From the NCBI RefSeq assembly GCF_006345805.1, contig NW_021832890.1:1-29573 (forward strand): DNA of 29,573 nucleotides. Direction: 5' to 3'. The position numbers and the translations under genes were made by a program. Position 1 is the first letter of the stretch, and each line of letters begins with the position of its first letter. This DNA is from Octopus sinensis. Lineage: Eukaryota. Below are positions 12,220-23,312 of this stretch, in pieces. The notes under the pieces are model-generated. The model did not search any database and was not told the origin of the DNA. It saw nothing but the letters and a program-made list of their open reading frames with translations.

Positions 12220-12406
12220 TGTATATTCATATGTACATATGGATATAGTCTGCTATGCATGTGTGTGTGTGTGAGTGAGTTTGTGTGCAAATATATTTTT
12301 ATGTTTCGGTCGCTATCTCTAAGCTTGCATGCATAAGCGTTTAATATTGTTTGTAACGTTGCGTGATATGTATACAAATATAACATATAAGTATAAACAT
12401 ATATAC

Positions 12407-12469
<63 letters not shown>

Positions 12470-12573
12470 CTGTGTATGTATATATATATATTATATATAT
12501 ATATATGTATGTATACATATTGTCACACATTCGTGTGTGTTTATATATGCTTCTATGAGTTTGTATATCTTCT

Positions 12574-12610
<37 letters not shown>

Positions 12611-13009
12611 CATACATGTGTGTGTGTGTCTGTGTGTTTCATTCTTTTTGTACTTAAATGCCAGTTCGAGTTGTCTCTGCGTATCTTTCTTTCCCTCTCT
12701 CTCTCTCTCTCTCTCTCTTTAAGTGTTTGTGTGCGTGTGTTGATAAATGCGCATGTCTCTGTGTTTACAGACATGAAGCTGTCTTGTAGCCTCAACGTCT
12801 ATTTGTATACTTGTGTCTCTGAACTTAAACAGTAATACAAACGTACGTACGTACATACATACATACATACATACATACATACAACATACATACATACATA
12901 CGGACATACGTGTATGCATATACAAAGAGACGCGAACACGCACATCACACAGATACCATTCACATACCACACGCACATACACAGACACACAGACATATAT
13001 ATATATACC

Positions 13010-13044
<35 letters not shown>

Positions 13045-13080
13045 ATATATATATTTATATACATGTATATACGTGTATTT

Positions 13081-13124
<44 letters not shown>

Positions 13125-13142
13125 CATACATATATATATATT

Positions 13143-13194
<52 letters not shown>

Positions 13195-13238
13195 TATAGA
13201 CACATGTATAAGTATGTCTGTATATATATATATATATG

Positions 13239-13269
<31 letters not shown>

Positions 13270-13352
13270 ATTATATATTATATATATATATATATATACA
13301 CATATATATTTGTGTGTGTATATATATATATATATATATAGACACATGTATA

Positions 13353-13400
<48 letters not shown>

Positions 13401-13470
13401 TATATATGTGTGTCTATAAGTATGTTTATGTATGTGTATGGAAGTATATGCTTGCATGTATATATGTATA
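12130..13470. repeat. Long compound (TA)n/(TG)n/(CA)n/(CT)n/(CATA)n/(CTGT)n tract with an internal block duplication
   Basis: Directly visible. The block ATTTGTGTGTGTATA...GACACATGTATAAGTATG occurs at about 13140-13217 and again at about 13308-13357. Confidence 0.9.
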
Positions 13471-13799
13471 TTTATTTTCACATGTATGTATGCGACCGCT
13501 GTATATGTGATAAAGTGTTCTGTTGTAAATGTTACCAAGGACACGACCAAACAGTGCCAAATACAATGTCTTGTTATAAAGGAGAAATTTGTTGATCTCA
13601 GGCAACGGAGAGTGGTTGAACGAGTTCACACTTGACTAAGAGAAGCAGAAATGAAAAGGTGAGCTCATTGCTCATTGAAAACTAAGCGTAAATTTCTCTT
13701 GATAATATTTATAATTATGTTTGTTTTTCTATTTTCCATGAGGGTGACGGAAGTAATGACTCTACAACAGCAAAAAACGCACACACACGCACATACACA

Positions 13800-13880
13800 A
13801 ATATAAATAAATAAATAAATAAATAAATAAATGAATAAATAAATAAATGAATGAATGAATGAATGAATGAATGAATAAAT
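13800..13880. repeat. (TAAA)n grading into (TGAA)n
   Basis: Directly visible. Confidence 0.9.
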
Positions 13881-14019
13881 GTGAGTTTTTATATGGAAGT
13901 TTGTTTAAGGTGTAGAAAATGCCCTGAAATGGAACAGGAATGAACGGAAGTAGAATGAAATGTCTGGGTTGTAGAACAGTAGCCTGGGACCTCTCTGATA
14001 AGTACTCAGAGTCTGGATA

Positions 14020-14039
14020 AAATAATAATAATAATGATG

Positions 14040-14101
<62 letters not shown>

Positions 14102-14201
14102 AATAATGATGATGATGACGATGATGATAATGATGATGATGATGATAATAATAATAATAATGATGATGATGATGTTGATGATGATGATGATGATGATGAT
14201 A

Positions 14202-14263
<62 letters not shown>

Positions 14264-14279
14264 AATAATAATAATAATG

Positions 14280-14330
<51 letters not shown>
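14020..14330. repeat. (GAT)n/(AAT)n compound triplet array
   Basis: Directly visible. It is the source of the poly-M and poly-H ORFs. Confidence 0.95.
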
Positions 14331-14331
<1 letters not shown>

Positions 14332-14335
14332 TTAA

Positions 14336-14533
14336 TTCTTTTTATTGGCCACAAGGGCTGACAAACATGATTGGAAAATATAAAGGGACAAAAACAGGAC
14401 GAAAGGTTACAAAATGTTTTTTACTGTTTATCGAAAGAAAAAAGTCCGTATAAACAAGCTTTACAACAACGAAATAAATTCAACAATTTACTAAACTCCC
14501 AATAGAGGGGACGCTTCGAAAAAAGAAAAGGTC

Positions 14534-14534
<1 letters not shown>
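14336..14534 (-). mobile_element. L1/Tx1-like LINE 3'UTR fragment
   Basis: The minus strand ends GTCAGCCCTTGTGGCCAATAAAAGAA and is followed by (ATT)n. The same terminal motif occurs at about 14968-14990. Confidence 0.55.
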
Positions 14535-14571
<37 letters not shown>

Positions 14572-14660
14572 TAATAATAATAATAATAAAAATTTTTTTT
14601 TTAAATTTTCTTTTTTAGACATTCATTAGTACAACACCAACAACTCCCCCCACCAAATAT

Positions 14661-14904
14661 ATGGCACACTAGGCATAACAACAACATGAACTTCCAACCT
14701 GTTGTCTCTTGAGGTCTCTGGGTGAGACTTGGAGCCAACTTGTACAAATATAAAGCAAAAGTCAAACATAGAATAATAATAATAATAATAATAATGGCAC
14801 ACTAGGCATAACAACAACATGAACTTCCAACCCTGTTGTCTCTTGAGGTCTCTGGGTGAGACTTGGAGCCAACTTGTACAAATATAAAGCAAAAGTCAAA
14901 CATA

Positions 14905-14905
<1 letters not shown>
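14661..14905 (+). mobile_element. Tandemly duplicated 111/112-bp retroposon 3' end with (AAT)n tails (Dong/R4-type 3'UTR, inferred)
   Basis: ATGGCACACTAGGC...GTCAAACATAG at 14661-14771 and 14794-14905. Each copy is followed by (AAT)n and they differ by one C. Confidence 0.7.
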
Positions 14906-14967
<62 letters not shown>

Positions 14968-14968
<1 letters not shown>

Positions 14969-15305
14969 TTATTTGCCACAAGGGTGAAAGATCAAGAGAA
15001 CAATACAAAGGCAGACATAACGTGTTGGGGTTTACATATAATGAAATGACAAAAACAAAAGTAAGCATGCACCGAAGAAGAAGAGACATGTGTATAAAAT
15101 ACAAAGGTTAAAAAAAAGGTTGCGGTGAGCATGATAGAGATGTGACCCTCCCGATATATGAAGGTTTCTTAGGATAATTGAGGAACCCCACTGTCGAAGA
15201 TTTCCCTGAAACCCCAAGAGCAAGTGCCCTCTCTAATTCCACCTCTCCGACTCACAGGTCTACACATTGTCGCAACTTTCATCCCCCTTTCAATAAACTC
15301 ACTCG
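14968..15305 (-). mobile_element. L1/Tx1-like LINE extreme 3' end (last codons plus 3'UTR)
   Basis: Minus strand ERGMKVATMCR parallels the ORF2 end of the 15725-16620 element (VYVARLD). The UTR ends CACCCTTGTGGCAAATAAA followed by (ATT)n. Confidence 0.6.
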
Positions 15306-15312
15306 AGGACAC

Positions 15313-15684
15313 CTACTAAAGGCACATGACCTGAAATTTGGCGGAAGGCGACTAGTCGATTACATCGACCCTTGTGTTTCACTGGTACTTAATTTATCGA
15401 CCCCGATAGGGTGAAAGGCAAAGTCGACCTCAGCGGAATTTGAACTCAGAACGTAGCAGCAGACGAAATACCTATTTCTTTACTACCCACAAGGGGCTAA
15501 ACACAAAGAGGACAAACGGATTAAGTCGATTATATCGACCCCAGTGCGTACTGGTATTTATTTAATCGATCTCAAAAGGATGAAAGGCAAAGTCGACCTC
15601 GGCGGAATTTGAACTCAGAACGTAACGGCAGACGAAATACCACTAAGCATTTTGCCTGGCATGCTAACGATTCTGCCAGCTCGC
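15313..15684 (-). mobile_element. tRNA-derived SINE family 2, head-to-tail dimer
   Basis: A full monomer at 15684-15473 is followed by a 5'-headless monomer at 15472-15313. Both contain CGTTCTGAGTTCAAATTCCGC(C/T)GAGGTCGACTTTGCCTTTCA. Confidence 0.9.
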
Positions 15685-15724
15685 TAAGTTTATAACAACA
15701 ACAACAACAACAACAACAATAATA

Positions 15725-16620
15725 ATGTTTTCTTTATTGACCACTTCAGATATACAAAGAGATCGTGTGCAGCCATACAATTAAGTATTACACAAAATGC
15801 GAGGAAATAGTAAATTTAAAGAAACAAAAACATTCAAACCAGAAATATTTGGCCGAATGGGGGCAAACTTCCGAGGTCTGCTCGTCGAAACGCCAGAAAA
15901 CTATGATCATGCTGACCACCAGGGCAAGTGTCCTCTCTTCATTCTTCTCTCTCATCTAGAGTCAGTGTTGGCCTGGCTCACTTGGTCTAGTCTTGCCACA
16001 TACACTCACAATTTGTTGAGAGGCAGCATTACTCTCACCACCCGCGCTTTCCTTTTCAAGTGAAATTAAAAGGAAAACTTCACGAGGACTTGGTCAAAGA
16101 AGAAACTGTCTGTCTTCAGTCACTTATGTTTAGTCTATCACACATTCTCCTTCGCTAAGGCCACCAGATAGAGACTGCCTGTCCTTCAAGCAAAGGAAGG
16201 TTGCAGAGACATCTTCATTAGGAATCAACTGATAGCCTCATCCATCCTATTCGCGACACCAGCTTTTCGACATAAACCCATAAATCAAGAATGCATGGGC
16301 ACTGGACGAGTGAGTGCTCTGCACGCACCTTGGGCAGGACCAGATGACTGTTAAACTCTAAGAGTCCCACGTCTTAGAGTTTAACGCGAACCATAAGTGC
16401 TTCTCAACATCACTGACAGGCCAAAGATTTCTGAAGGTTAAACAACACGGGTGCTGAACCGAAAGTCCTTCAGAATAAACCAGCCAATTCTCGTAGATGC
16501 CCAGAATCTCCCCGAGAACGCCTACCCTTTTGCCCAGCGCTAATCTTTTATAAAATGCCGAAGAGGAACTTTCACCGACCGCCTTGGGGTCTCTATGAAC
16601 ACTACTTTCAGAAAATTAGA
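15725..16620 (-). mobile_element. L1/Tx1-clade LINE ORF2 C-terminus and 3'UTR relic
   Basis: Frameshifted SAFYKRL...RTFG...LQKSLA...CPRC (16336-16325)...HSLVQCPCILDLWVYVEKL...VALAKE...FHLKRK. The UTR ends GTGGTCAATAAAGAA followed by an ATT/GTT tract. Confidence 0.7.
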
Positions 16621-17363
16621 TTATGTAGCCTTTTACCATCGGTTTTTCTTTTCTTTTATCATTTTCTAATTCTTCCGGGTGCGCACGTGTTACAAGATGG
16701 CCATTATGTCTCTTGTTGCTAAAAATATAACAGTTGGGTCCAATGCCTTGCTCCTAAGTCTTGGTGATTTTCTTTTTCTGCATTCCCAATGAAGTATGGC
16801 TCTGAAATAATTTGTGGTTATCGGGGATCCTTCGAACATGCATGTCGATGCATCCATGAAGCAGTTTTATATCTTGTATACTCTCTTCACCACCCAGTAC
16901 ACATCCGCACTGTGCAACAAACATAAAAGATATGAACCAACCTCGTCGTCAGTATCCTTTATCTTCAAATTTTTATTGGTCACTCCATTCATAAGAGCAA
17001 TATAATGTAGGCAGTTGTATGACCTTTATGTCTTAATTTTGATTTCGAAAACATGCGTAGGGTCCTATTAATGCTATCCCGACATATAAAGGAGATTCTC
17101 CTTCAGGCACCAGTCAGGTCTACCACCGATTAATGCTTTGCTATTTCAGTTTAGAAATGCAGAACCTTACATTTTGCAACTCGGAGTTGGATAAACAGTT
17201 AAGATAAATAGCAGTATCCCTAGTCCTTATTTATCGACTCTCCGTACAGGCAACGCTAACGGTAGAATTGCTGATTGCTTCTTTCTGAGTCGCTCAATAA
17301 ATAAATAAACGATAGGACTAAAACTAAGAACAAAAATAGCAAAAGCAAAACTGACGGCAGTTT

Positions 17364-17452
17364 TGTGTCCCTTTCTGTAGAAGAGCGTAGGCTCGAAACG
17401 TAAAAGACATTTTCTATTCCTGAGCGTTATACTAATATATCTATTTGTTTTG
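17364..17452 (+). ncRNA. Minimal type I hammerhead-like motif (variant core CUGUAGA) in a Penelope pLTR-like repeat, copy 1
   Basis: TGT-CC-CTTT / CTGTAGA / A GAG-CGTAGG-CTC / GAAA CGT A / AAAGACA. A second copy lies at 24904-24994 on the minus strand. Confidence 0.65.
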
Positions 17453-18859
17453 TACACCACCTGTCTTCGTCTTTTGTTGTTTTTTTCGTAAACTCTCCCT
17501 AGATGTATTCTGAATATCTGAAGATAAAAGAAGTAATATCATGTTTAACGAACGAAACCCGACAGAATTACTGACATTACAGCTGTGCAAATAAATAATA
17601 ACTTCTATCATAACGTGGACTGCGTTTTTCTGTCCGCCCTTTGGACAAACGCTTATCACACTCTCCTCAGATTAAAATGATTCGCAAATAATATATTTGG
17701 TGAAATGAAATAAAAAAATAATTATTCAATTTATTCTTAAAATTCGCACATTCAGCGCCAGAAAAATAAGCTTTGCATTTTATTTTTGGTCAAAGTTCAT
17801 CTTTTCCTTGCATAACACTGGGTCACAAATATTTGCGAATATTTGACTTTCAAATACAAAAGACCGTGTAATAATGGGACAAATAAAGCGAGGAGACTGG
17901 AAGAAGAAATATAAGGGCAATAAAACTAGCGACATATGTACTAAATCCTTCATCAATCAGTAAAACATTTGAGCGTGTTGGAAACCTGTTACGATTCACT
18001 GAATTTAGTTCATACAACCCCTTGACATTTTGTATATTTTGAGGTGGGTTTGCTATTTCACTGGCCCTCAGTCGGTAAAACAGACAGTTATGCTGTTTGT
18101 AACGCAAAAATTATTATCTTTTACTGAAATATTAGTTGATATACAACAATTGTTAGTTTTAAAATTGTTCATGCAAACATTCCAAATCGTAAATAAAAAT
18201 TTATCACAGAAGCTTATCATTTAACACTTTCGTTATGTATGAGGAAGTTTTGGGCGTGATACTCCACTGAAATGTTACGTTAATGTTGTGGAGAAAATTA
18301 CATTAACAATGTACTCTTTGACGCTCATCGTCTGCTTCGAAAGTTACTGTTATATACATATTCACGTATGAGAGAGTTATATATGTGGTTCTCAACGAGT
18401 CCAAAACGGCAGCATTGTTTTCCATATCAGCCAGAAAAGCACAGCATAATGATAAAAAACATAGTCTTTATGCTAAATGTTGTTTATGGAAAAATCATCT
18501 AAATAAATGTAAACATTGTACAATGTATACGCTGAGTTTGCAGAATATGAAATACAATATCTTTAAAAATAAACGTTTTTTTTTTCTTTTTCTTTTTAGT
18601 AAAACAATCTTAAAAGATTATTTATTAAGCCTTTGCTGATAAAGAACTGATAAAGAACTAAATTTCAAGAAACTGCTCATTATAAAAAAAAATATATTTT
18701 TCTTAAAATGAAAATAGAGATATAAAGTTAATAACTTTCTAATTCCTTCAAAAACTGTAATTAAACTCAATATATTTCATATTCGAGGTAGCATTTATAA
18801 TGGATAAACAATTTGAATTAAATTTTACTCTTACCGTCAACAAAGCGATGAGTATCGAA

Positions 18860-19006
<147 letters not shown>

Positions 19007-19014
19007 TATCTATA

Positions 19015-19150
19015 CTAGCAGAATCGTTAGCACGCTGGACGAAATGCTTAGCGGTATTTTGTCTTCCGCTACGTTCTGAGTTCAAATTCTGCCGAGGTTG
19101 ACTTTGCTTTTCATCCTTTCGGGCTCGATAAATTAAGTATCAGTTGCGTA
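19015..19150 (+). mobile_element. tRNA-derived SINE family 2, truncated copy
   Basis: CTAGCAGAATCGTTAGCACG...CTGAGTTCAAATTCTGCCGAGGTTGACTTTGC...GATAAATTAAGTA, homologous to 15313-15684. Confidence 0.85.
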
Positions 19151-19774
19151 GTATTTATACTATCATAAGCATCATCTTCATTCCCATCATCATCATCATC
19201 ATCATCATCATCGTCATCATCGTCATCAAAACATTTATTCTATATGATCTTCAATCCCTCAGTTATCGACTGTATTTATTTGTACTTGGCTTCAAGATTC
19301 TACAGAGCCACAAAGTTATTTCGAACGTACCAAAACCATCTTTTTATTCAGACATGTCTAAAACCGCATCAGCCAATGTAGGTAGGATTTCTTTCTTCGA
19401 TGGCAGATTTTGATTTGAGTGACACTCGACCGCCAACTAAAGAATATCCCACAATCACATCGTCTTTGAATCAAATTCGTTATTGGAATTAGCGTTAAGG
19501 TCGCCAGAGAATCTTACCGATCAAAATGGTACTGCATCGATGATGGCACTTAAATTTCATCTTCCTTCACGTCAAGAGACTGGTTCTAAATACCCGTTCT
19601 CAATTGGAGTCTGCCCCACCCCCCGCCCCGCTCCACATCGTTGCTTTGGTGACATTTTTGGTGCAATAATGTTTTGATGATTAAATTATATTTTACTGTT
19701 TCTATCTGTTATTTTCTGCAATTTCTTGTATTATTTCTTTGGCGGATGACATTAAATGATGGCTAATTAGAGTG

Positions 19775-19784
19775 ACTACTACTG

Positions 19785-19871
<87 letters not shown>

Positions 19872-19899
19872 TTGCTGCTACTGCTACTACTACTACTAG

Positions 19900-19988
<89 letters not shown>

Positions 19989-20012
19989 ATAATAATAATA
20001 ATAATAATAATA
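19775..20012. repeat. (ACT)n/(GCT)n/(AAT)n compound triplet array
   Basis: Directly visible. Confidence 0.95.
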
Positions 20013-20059
20013 ATCCTTTCTACTGGAGTGACAAGGCCTCAAATTTGTGGTAATAATAA

Positions 20060-20720
20060 TGGAACTTGGAGCGAGACTGGCACGCGTTGTGACAGAATGC
20101 CTCACATTGGCACAGGAAGAATATAAGAAATGGAGGCACGACCAAGTTGGAAAAGTTTTAGACTGGAAACTGCGCCAGAAATAAGGTTTTGGAGCTGGAA
20201 ATACATAGTAGAATCATCGAAGCGAAAGAGTACTGGAGTTGGAGAAATGTAAGATTTTGTGGGACTTTCCTATTCAAACGGACCAAAGGTTAGAAAATAA
20301 TAGGCCGGTCATAACAATTATAGATAAGGAAAAGCCAAGTTGCTCACTAGTCGACCCATCATACCGGTTTCATTCCAGTATCGTAAAGAGAGGACGAAAA
20401 ACAAAAATACATGTACAATGCCTTAAATTTTGAAGTAGGAAGAACTTGGAGTATGAAAATTGTAAAGGTCGTGCCTAAAATAACTGGTGCATTGGGAACA
20501 GCAAGCAAGATATAGACAAATGGCAGAAAGAGGTTGGAATAGAATGCTCTGTAGAGCTCCTACAGATGGTTTGTCCGTTAGAAATAGCAAAGATTATCAG
20601 GAGGGTTCTAAGCACTTGAAAGACTATTGAAAACTTGTGGACACCTAAGGTTGCAGGTAAGTAACCCCCTATCCACATAAACTCCACCAGGAATAAGACC
20701 GAATTTGAGTCAAGCTAAAA
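20060..20720 (+). mobile_element. R4/Dong-clade LINE 3' end, second subfamily
   Basis: VVTECLTLAQEEYKKWRHDQVGK...WKL...KILWDFPIQTDQRLENNRPVITIIDKE...TGALGT...IIRRVLST*, followed by a 3'UTR and an AAT/GAT tract. Confidence 0.85.
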
Positions 20721-20722
20721 TA

Positions 20723-20753
<31 letters not shown>

Positions 20754-20794
20754 GGATGATGATGATGATGGAGTAGAGACTTGAAAGCCTTTTA

Positions 20795-21935
20795 CATAGC
20801 CTAATTAGCTACAATGTGTTGAATTAGAATATAAGTGAAGTGAAGAAAACTGACAAAAAGTAACAGAAATATACGCAAACTGTTGAGCTGTACTACGCAA
20901 AAGTATGGATTGTTTTTACCTTCCCTGAGTCCAAGGAGGTCGGGCTTGATCCAGTTTGAAATATCTTATAAAACCACCACAACTGGACTGGCCGAAGCGT
21001 CTAACGACTGGATGTTAAAAATCAAGAAGCGTAAGAAGCTTCATTCCGTCACAAAAGGGAGCAAAAGATTTGCTATTGAATTCATGACTGATACCCAGGC
21101 TGAACAACACAAAGGAAGTGTTGCTGCAAAGAAGGTGAAATCACTGTCACGGAAAAAAAAAGCGCGCGAAGAATTTGTTGATATGTAGGTGCAGAAACCT
21201 CTGCATCGCAAATAAGTAGCTTGAAGCAAACAAGCTGATGTTTATCAGAAGTACACCTATCAGTGAGTAAGAGGTTTGAGGCTCAAGGCTCAAGGCAGAG
21301 AGCAAAGGCGTCATCTTAGCTGTTCAAGATCAATGCTTATTGACCCAGAACCAAGCCAATGGGATGAAAAATGGAGTAAATCCAAAATGTCGATTCTGCA
21401 ATCATGTGATTGAAATCGTAGACCTAGCACCAACAGAGTATAAATCAAGACATGACAGAATTGGCCAATATTTACTCTATATTGGTTAATATGTTGGTAT
21501 TATAAAAGCAAAACTGTCAACAAGTGGTATATGAACACTGGGGTTGTAACTGAGGGAGAAAATATAACGATTCTTTGGAACTTTCAAGCATATAGAGCCC
21601 GAACCATCAAAGCTAATAAACCGGATATTTTGTGAGTATTGATCGACATGAGTGTTCCTTGCGATCATAATATCTCGGCGAAAGAATTTGACAAGCTGAG
21701 AAAATACAAAGATTTGCTCATTGAAACGGAGAAAATGTGGCATCTCAAGGCGGTTACAATACCAGTGATTGTAGGAGCACTTGGAATGACCAAAAAAGGA
21801 ACTGAAAATTATTTGAGAATGATCTTCGGCTTACTATCCCAGCAAGAAGTGCAAAATATATTTTTTCAACTGGTACCTCACACCTATTGAGAAGAGCATT
21901 CTCGATGTTAGAACGATTAGTACCCGGCGGAATAA
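20795..21935 (+). mobile_element. R4/Dong-clade LINE 3' ~1.1 kb, third subfamily
   Basis: GLIQFEISYKTTT...QKPLH...AVQDQCL...PKCRFC...RHDRIG...TILWNF...ANKPDI...LIDMSVPCD...KYKDL...PVIVGALG..., heavily decayed. Confidence 0.85.
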
Positions 21936-21996
21936 CAACAACAATGATAATATTATCAGAAACTAGAATAACAGCCATAATAAAGCAATGCGTATA

Positions 21997-22513
21997 TCTA
22001 TATATATAAAACTGTAGTTGTGTGAGTGTCTGTCTCCTACGATTTAGATTCCTAACTACTCCCACATTTTGCGGTGCAGTTTAACCAAATCCGGGTATCT
22101 TATAGTCGTGATTCATATCAAGCCCGTCTGAGTATTAGCGCGCGTCTACGATGAGTCTACGATTTTAAAAATAATTTAACATCATTTTTTATTCCATTTT
22201 AATACATAATTTTTCGTGTGTCGATGGCAGCGGAGTTGGCGTCCACGCTCAAACACCTGCACCTGTGTTTGCTTCTCCCCCTTCTTCCCTCCCTCGTGAA
22301 GCTGTGGGGAAGGGAGTGTAAGGAAATCATCGTCGTAAAGCGTTCTCAAGGAGACCAGCGTTCTTTTAGAACAACGACTTCATGGCTTGAAGACACCAAA
22401 ACAGAAATGGCTATGAAAGCCCGAATTGGCATCTATAAGGGAAGTAACTCTCTAAAAATGCTTATATAGTTATTTCCCTTACAAACCCGAGCAACGCCGG
22501 GCGATACTGCTAG
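21997..22513 (+). mobile_element. Non-autonomous Helitron, copy 2
   Basis: A|TCTATATATATAAAA ... CCCGAGCAACGCCGGG CGATACTG CTAG|T, collinear with 5966-6474. Confidence 0.9.
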
Positions 22514-22748
22514 TATACTATAATAAGGAAAGCTCCTTATTTATTAGTTTAGATTATGCAATTGTTTCTAAAAGGAACCGATTATTAGAGGCTATACTGT
22601 TTGGAAAATTTTTTTAAATTCCAGTTTTAATATATATTTTTTTATCAAAATACAGTTTTGAAGCATTTTGTATTTTCGCATATTTCAAGTCGATGTTTTA
22701 ATTCCAAAACTTGTTTTACTATGACGCAGCGTTTGTATGTCTGTTTAT

Positions 22749-22868
22749 ACTTACTCTTACTCTTTACTCTTTTACTTGTTTCAGTCATTTGACTGCGGCC
22801 ATGCTGGAGCACCGCCTTTAATCGAGCAACTCGACCCCGGGACTTATTCTTTTGTAAGCCCAGTACTT
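22749..22868 (-). mobile_element. 3' end and tail of a CORE-type tRNA SINE
   Basis: Minus strand AAGTACTGGGCTTACAAAAGAATAAGTCCCGGGGTCGAG...GCGGTGCTCCAGCATGGCCGCAGTCAAATGACTGAAACAAG with an (AAGAGT)n-like tail. Confidence 0.8.
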
Positions 22869-23096
22869 TGCAATGCTCTCCTCTAGAAATGGTAAGTTTA
22901 ATCTAGCGTCAACCAAATTAAGTTATTTCTAGTATTCCTTTTGTATTAGTAGAGTGTTGTTAAAAAATTTTTTTTAAAGACGAATAAGAAAAGTGGTTTC
23001 AATTTGCATCAACTGTACCCCTCCTGTCCCCGAGTTCTTTCCTAATAACTTTCATTTAGAAATTACTATCTTTTACTGAAAATTTCCACAAATATA

Positions 23097-23258
23097 GGCG
23101 CAGCAGTGGCTGTGTGGTAAGTAGCTTGCTTACCAACCACATGGTTCTGGGTTCATTCCCACTGCGTGGCACCTTGGGCAAGTGTCTTCTTCTATAGCCT
23201 TGGGCTGACCAAAGCCTTGTGAGTGGATTTGGTAGACGGAAACTGAAAGAAGCCCGTC

Positions 23259-23312
<54 letters not shown>

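Noticed and set aside
13905-14453. Poly-His and poly-Met ORFs
   Set aside because: Reading frames of the (GAT)n/(AAT)n array.
16620-16810. Minus-strand HWECRKRK...HNGH resembling a FLYWCH/MULE zinc finger
   Set aside because: The second cysteine is missing and a frameshift is needed, so the similarity is too weak to support.
17515-17570. CTGAAGA ... GAAAC as another hammerhead
   Set aside because: No stem II closing onto GAAA and no stem I or stem III pairing.
19483-19677. 64-aa non-repetitive ORF
   Set aside because: It has a non-ATG start, no recognisable domain and no splice support.
19772-20126. Poly-Thr/Ala mucin-like and poly-Leu ORFs
   Set aside because: Reading frames of the (ACT)n/(GCT)n array with no splice or domain support.
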